The translations under genes and the position numbers were made by a program. From Helicobacter cetorum (GTDB lineage Bacteria; Campylobacterota; Campylobacteria; Campylobacterales; BB28), in assembly GCA_022729755.1 (NCBI GenBank), contig DZAZ01000003.1, positions 565 through 64,564 of the forward strand: a stretch of DNA of 64,000 nt, in the 5' to 3' direction. Each line of letters begins with the position of its first letter. Position 1 is the first letter of the stretch. A model generated the notes under the pieces. That model saw only the letters and a list, made by a program, of their open reading frames with translations. It ran no database searches and was not told the origin of the DNA. Below are positions 57,935 to 64,000 of the stretch, in pieces.

Positions 57935-59410
57935 TTAAACTTTAATAAAAGAGATAATTTTTTCTTTTATTTCTTCTTTTTTTACTATATCTTTATGAAT
58001 AATTTTTTTATGAAATAACTCTTTTATCATTGTTGGAATTGTGATATTAAACTCTTTTTGAATAAATTCAATCGCTTCCAAATCCCTATACTCATTTTTA
58101 TCGTTTTTTAGTGCATTCATAACAGTTGGTGAAAATTTCGTCCATTCAGCCGTTGAGCAAATTATCGTCTTTAAACTCTCTTGTTTTAAATCCTCATAAG
58201 CTTTAATACAAGTCGCAGTGTGTGGGTCCATCATATAATTTTCATTGATTAAGTAATCTTTAATAGTTTGCATTCCATACTCATCATTTGAAAAAGTCGC
58301 ATCAAAATCTTCTCTTAAAACTTCAAGTTCTTTAGCACTCAATTTATAAACCCCATCTCTTTCAAGTTCTTGCATCAACTCTTTTGTTCGCTCACTTCCA
58401 AACTTATCAAATAAAATCCTCTCCACATTTGAAGATTTCAAAATATCCATCGCAGGAGAAGTCGTTTTTATCAATGTTTTTGAATTTAAATCATAAACTC
58501 CATTTGTCAGCAAATCAGTTAAAATATTATTCTGATTTGAAGTTATCAAAATCTTTTTAATCGGAAGTCCCATTTTTTTGGCATAATAAGCCCCCAAAGC
58601 ATTACCAAAATTTCCACTTGGAACTACTATGTAAATCTTTTCACCATATTTTATTTCAGCCCTTCTTACCAACTCTAAATATGAGTGAATATGATAAATT
58701 ATTTGAAAAATAATTCTTCCAAAATTGACCGAATTAGCAGCAGAAAGCTTAATATTATCTTTTTGCAACTCCTCTTTAAATTCACTTGAGCTTAAAAGAT
58801 TTTTGAGTGCATTTTGAGTATCATCAAAATCCCCAATAACTCCAATAACTTTGATATTTTTACCATCTTCGGTTACCATTTGAAGTCGTTGAACATCACT
58901 TGTACCACCATTTGGATACAAACAAGCTACTTTAATATTCTCTTTATTTTTAAAACTCTCAAGTGTTGCTGGACCCGTATCTCCACTTGTTGCAGCTAAA
59001 ATTAAATATTTTTCATTAAACTTTTTTGCAAGTGCTGATAAAATATATCCAAAAGGTTGAAGTGCCATATCTTTAAAAGCTCTTGTTGGACCGTGATAAA
59101 GCTCATTTACAAATAAATCATCTCTTACTTTAACAATCGTACAAGCTTCCTTATTATCGAACTTATCATATAAATTTAATGCTTCATTTATAACTTCATC
59201 TTCAATATCAATTTTAAACTCTTTTAAAAAATTAAATGCCAACTCTTTATAAGTTGTATTTAAATTCCATTGATAAAATTCACTCAAATCTGGCAACTCT
59301 TTTGGAACATAAAGCCCTCCAAAACTAGCCATCGGACTTAATATCGCTTGTGAAAATTCTATCTCTTTTGGTTTTTGATTATCATTTCCTCTAGTTTCAA
59401 TAAATTGCAT
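57935..59410 (-). CDS. thrC: Threonine synthase (long form)
   Basis: Start moved to ATG 59408-59410 (AAGGA 5 nt upstream), giving MQFIETRG. PLP-Lys context GPTRAFKDMALQ. SGNFGNALGAYYA. Confidence 0.9.
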   Translation of the reverse strand: MQFIETRGNDNQKPKEIEFSQAILSPMASFGGLYVPKELPDLSEFYQWNLNTTYKELAFNFLKEFKIDIEDEVINEALNLYDKFDNKEACTIVKVRDDLFVNELYHGPTRAFKDMALQPFGYILSALAKKFNEKYLILAATSGDTGPATLESFKNKENIKVACLYPNGGTSDVQRLQMVTEDGKNIKVIGVIGDFDDTQNALKNLLSSSEFKEELQKDNIKLSAANSVNFGRIIFQIIYHIHSYLELVRRAEIKYGEKIYIVVPSGNFGNALGAYYAKKMGLPIKKILITSNQNNILTDLLTNGVYDLNSKTLIKTTSPAMDILKSSNVERILFDKFGSERTKELMQELERDGVYKLSAKELEVLREDFDATFSNDEYGMQTIKDYLINENYMMDPHTATCIKAYEDLKQESLKTIICSTAEWTKFSPTVMNALKNDKNEYRDLEAIEFIQKEFNITIPTMIKELFHKKIIHKDIVKKEEIKEKIISFIKV

Positions 59411-59509
59411 AAATATCCTTAAAATTATTTTCAAAATTGTAGCAATTCCGATGTTAAAATAAGTTCAAATTATCTCTAGTAAAAGCATATTTTTGATAAA
59501 ATTTCTTAA

Positions 59510-61921
<2,412 letters not shown>

Positions 61922-62024
61922 AAAACTTCCTTATTTTTTAAATTAAAACACATTTTTTGTTTTTAGTTTAGCAAAAAGTAGTTTAAAAGTTAAACTTCAG
62001 AGAATTTTATAATTTCACATCCCT

Positions 62025-62033
62025 TGCTATAAT
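62025..62033 (+). promoter_or_regulatory. Candidate extended -10 (TGCTATAAT) about 275 nt upstream of the next CDS
   Basis: Same nonamer as upstream of cosR. Sits within the 385-bp non-coding gap 61922-62306. It would give a long leader or an independent small transcript. Confidence 0.35.
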
Positions 62034-62306
62034 ATCACAAATATTTTACCATCTAAAAAAGCAAATTATTATAAAGAATTATTAAAAAAAGGGAGACTTA
62101 CAGATGGTTATTATATAATAATGGCGAATTGAAGCAAAGTATAATGAATTATGTGTATAATGATGACTATCACGTCAAGCATTCTGAAATTGATAGACAT
62201 TTAAAACTGAAGAAAGAGGGGTACATTTAAATGACTATAATAAGGGACTTGATATGAAGGTTTTGTAGTATGATATTCAAAACTCCTCATGTAAAAAAGG
62301 TTTTTT

Positions 62307-63410
62307 ATGCTTAATAAATTTGAAATTTTAATTGTAGATGATACTCCAAAAAATATCCAAGTTGTGGCAAATCTCTTGAAAGATAATGCTTATTCACTCT
62401 CATTTGCAAACAATGGTAAGAAAGCTTTGGAGTTATGTCAAAAGAAACTCTTTGATTTAATATTGCTTGATATTATGATGCCTGAAATGGACGGGTTTGA
62501 AGCTTGTCAAGAGATAAAAAAGATAGATAAGTATATAGATGTGCCTGTTATATTTTTGACGGCAAAAACTGAAGTTGATAATATTGTAAAAGCTTTTGAA
62601 ATAGGCGGAGTTGACTATGTTACAAAGCCTTTTAATTCGCAAGAACTTCTCTCAAGAGTGAAAACTCAACTTAAAATCAGAAAATTATCATATAATTTGA
62701 TACAGTCCGAAAAAATGGCACTTCTTGGTTCATTAGTTGCTGGAGTTGCACACGAGATAAATACTCCTATTGGAATTTGTGTTACAGCCTCTTCTACTTT
62801 AAATAAGCGGGTTGATGAGTTTTTAAATAGTGAAAATATCGAACAATCAAAAGTACACATAAAAGAGTTGAATAGTTTAATTCTTTCAAATCTTTCTCGT
62901 GCTTCTGAACTTATAAAAAGTTTCAAGCAAGTTGCAGTTGACCAATCAAGTGAGAAGAAAAGAGTTATAAATTTGGCTGAATATTTACAAGAGTTGATAA
63001 ATACACTAAAACCTCAATATAAAAAACAAAAACACAACTTAGAATTGATTTGCGATAAAAATATTCAAATAGAGGTGTATGCTGGGGCATTTGGGCAAGT
63101 TATCACAAATTTGGTAATCAACTCTATAAATCACGGATTTAAAGACTTAATTGAAAAAAACATTTCTATTGAAGTAATAGATAAAGAGGATTTTTTGGAA
63201 ATTATATATAAAGATGATGGAGTTGGGATTGCTAAAGAGAATATTTCAAAAATTTTTGAGCCATTTTTTACAACTTCAAAAGAGGGTTCAGGTTTAGGAT
63301 TAAGTATTGTGTATAATATCGTAACTCAAAAATTAAAAGGCACAATCAGTGTTGATAGTGTGTTAAATAACGGAGTTAAATTTAGTATAAAAATTCCTAA
63401 AGAGGATTGA
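62307..63410 (+). CDS. Soluble hybrid receiver-histidine kinase (REC N-terminal to kinase core)
   Basis: REC ILIVDDTPKN...LILLDIMMPEMDG...FLTAK...VTKP. H-box GVAHEINTPIG, N-box VITNLVINSINHG, G-boxes YKDDGVGI and GSGLGLSIV. No TM. Confidence 0.85.
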   Translation: MLNKFEILIVDDTPKNIQVVANLLKDNAYSLSFANNGKKALELCQKKLFDLILLDIMMPEMDGFEACQEIKKIDKYIDVPVIFLTAKTEVDNIVKAFEIGGVDYVTKPFNSQELLSRVKTQLKIRKLSYNLIQSEKMALLGSLVAGVAHEINTPIGICVTASSTLNKRVDEFLNSENIEQSKVHIKELNSLILSNLSRASELIKSFKQVAVDQSSEKKRVINLAEYLQELINTLKPQYKKQKHNLELICDKNIQIEVYAGAFGQVITNLVINSINHGFKDLIEKNISIEVIDKEDFLEIIYKDDGVGIAKENISKIFEPFFTTSKEGSGLGLSIVYNIVTQKLKGTISVDSVLNNGVKFSIKIPKED

Positions 63411-63412
63411 AA

Positions 63413-64000
63413 ATGAGAGAGTGCTGCTATAAAGATAAAACTTGGAAAGTTTTAATAGTTGATGATGAAGTTGATGTTTTGAGTGTTACAAAATTAGCTC
63501 TATTTGATTTTAAACATATGAATAGAGGCTTGGAGTTTATTGAAGCAAAATCAAAAACTGAAGCTATTTTAAAACTACAAGAACATCAAGATATTGCGGT
63601 TGCATTTATAGATATTATAATGGAAGAGAAAGATTCTGGATTAAAACTTGTAAAATATATTAGAGATGATTTAAATAACTATATGACAAGAATTGTAATA
63701 AGAACGGGACAACCTGGGGAATATCCAGAGAGAGAACTTATTCAAAAATATGAGATAAATGATTATAAATCTAAAGATGAATTGACTGAAGATAAACTTT
63801 TTTGCACGATGACTACGGCACTTAGAGCTTTTTGTGATTTGTATATGTTAGATTATTACAAAGACATTGAACAAAGAATGATAGAACATAGCAAACTTTC
63901 AGAAATGGGTGAAATGATTGGAATAATTGCACATCAATGGAAACAACCGTTAAGTTTAATCGCTATATATGTCGATGAGCTTGAGTTTTCAATAGAAGAG
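63413..64000 (+). CDS. Second soluble receiver-histidine kinase, partial (runs off the window end)
   Basis: ATG lies 2 nt after the previous stop. REC VLIVDDEVDVL...AFIDIIMEEKDSG...IRTGQPG...INDYKSK. The H-box IIAHQWKQPL is the same type as in the kinase at 56357-57928. Frame open to nt 64000. Confidence 0.8.
   Translation, partial: MRECCYKDKTWKVLIVDDEVDVLSVTKLALFDFKHMNRGLEFIEAKSKTEAILKLQEHQDIAVAFIDIIMEEKDSGLKLVKYIRDDLNNYMTRIVIRTGQPGEYPERELIQKYEINDYKSKDELTEDKLFCTMTTALRAFCDLYMLDYYKDIEQRMIEHSKLSEMGEMIGIIAHQWKQPLSLIAIYVDELEFSIEE

Overview
Very AT-rich, gene-dense chromosomal segment: about 65 CDS and one tRNA, with no rRNA, CRISPR array, transposase or integrase seen. It reads as Campylobacterota, most likely an Arcobacter/Aliarcobacter-like organism. 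Much of it is housekeeping DNA in blocks whose gene order I recognise, from memory, from Campylobacter jejuni: cheV-cheA(Y)-cheW; rluD-flpA-trmB-ftsE-ftsX-M23 peptidase; PflB-like TPR gene-serS..trpS; fabH-plsX-rpmF-DUF177-ndk-fdxA..ahpC; lysA-HAD-pheA-hisC-fliF-fliG-fliH-dxs-perR; cosR-fdxB-ppx/gppA. Lineage-specific signalling insertions sit between these blocks, and they hold the interest. (i) 949-8016 is a five-gene translationally coupled operon: a STAS protein, a kinase-REC-PP2C fusion, a YfiR/DUF4154-like periplasmic protein, a TonB-dependent receptor and a membrane HAMP-PP2C phosphatase. This is my best candidate for an undescribed trans-envelope partner-switching system. (ii) 49435-52667 holds a second TonB-dependent receptor + YfiR-like pair next to a degenerate GGDEF protein. 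(iii) 52671-57928 is an operon-like run with two paralogous copies of an unrecognised helical domain (one between two receivers), a stand-alone cNMP-binding protein, crcB with no room for a riboswitch, and a REC-pseudoREC-histidine kinase. (iv) A two-gene AT-rich islet (orphan 304-aa protein + DUF2442) separates trpS from serS. (v) An untracked 37-codon lipoprotein ORF lies between dut and argC. (vi) A 385-bp non-coding stretch with a promoter-like element and SD-preceded mini-ORFs lies upstream of two tandem soluble REC-histidine kinases. All functional calls come from reading motifs in the translations; no database search was possible.
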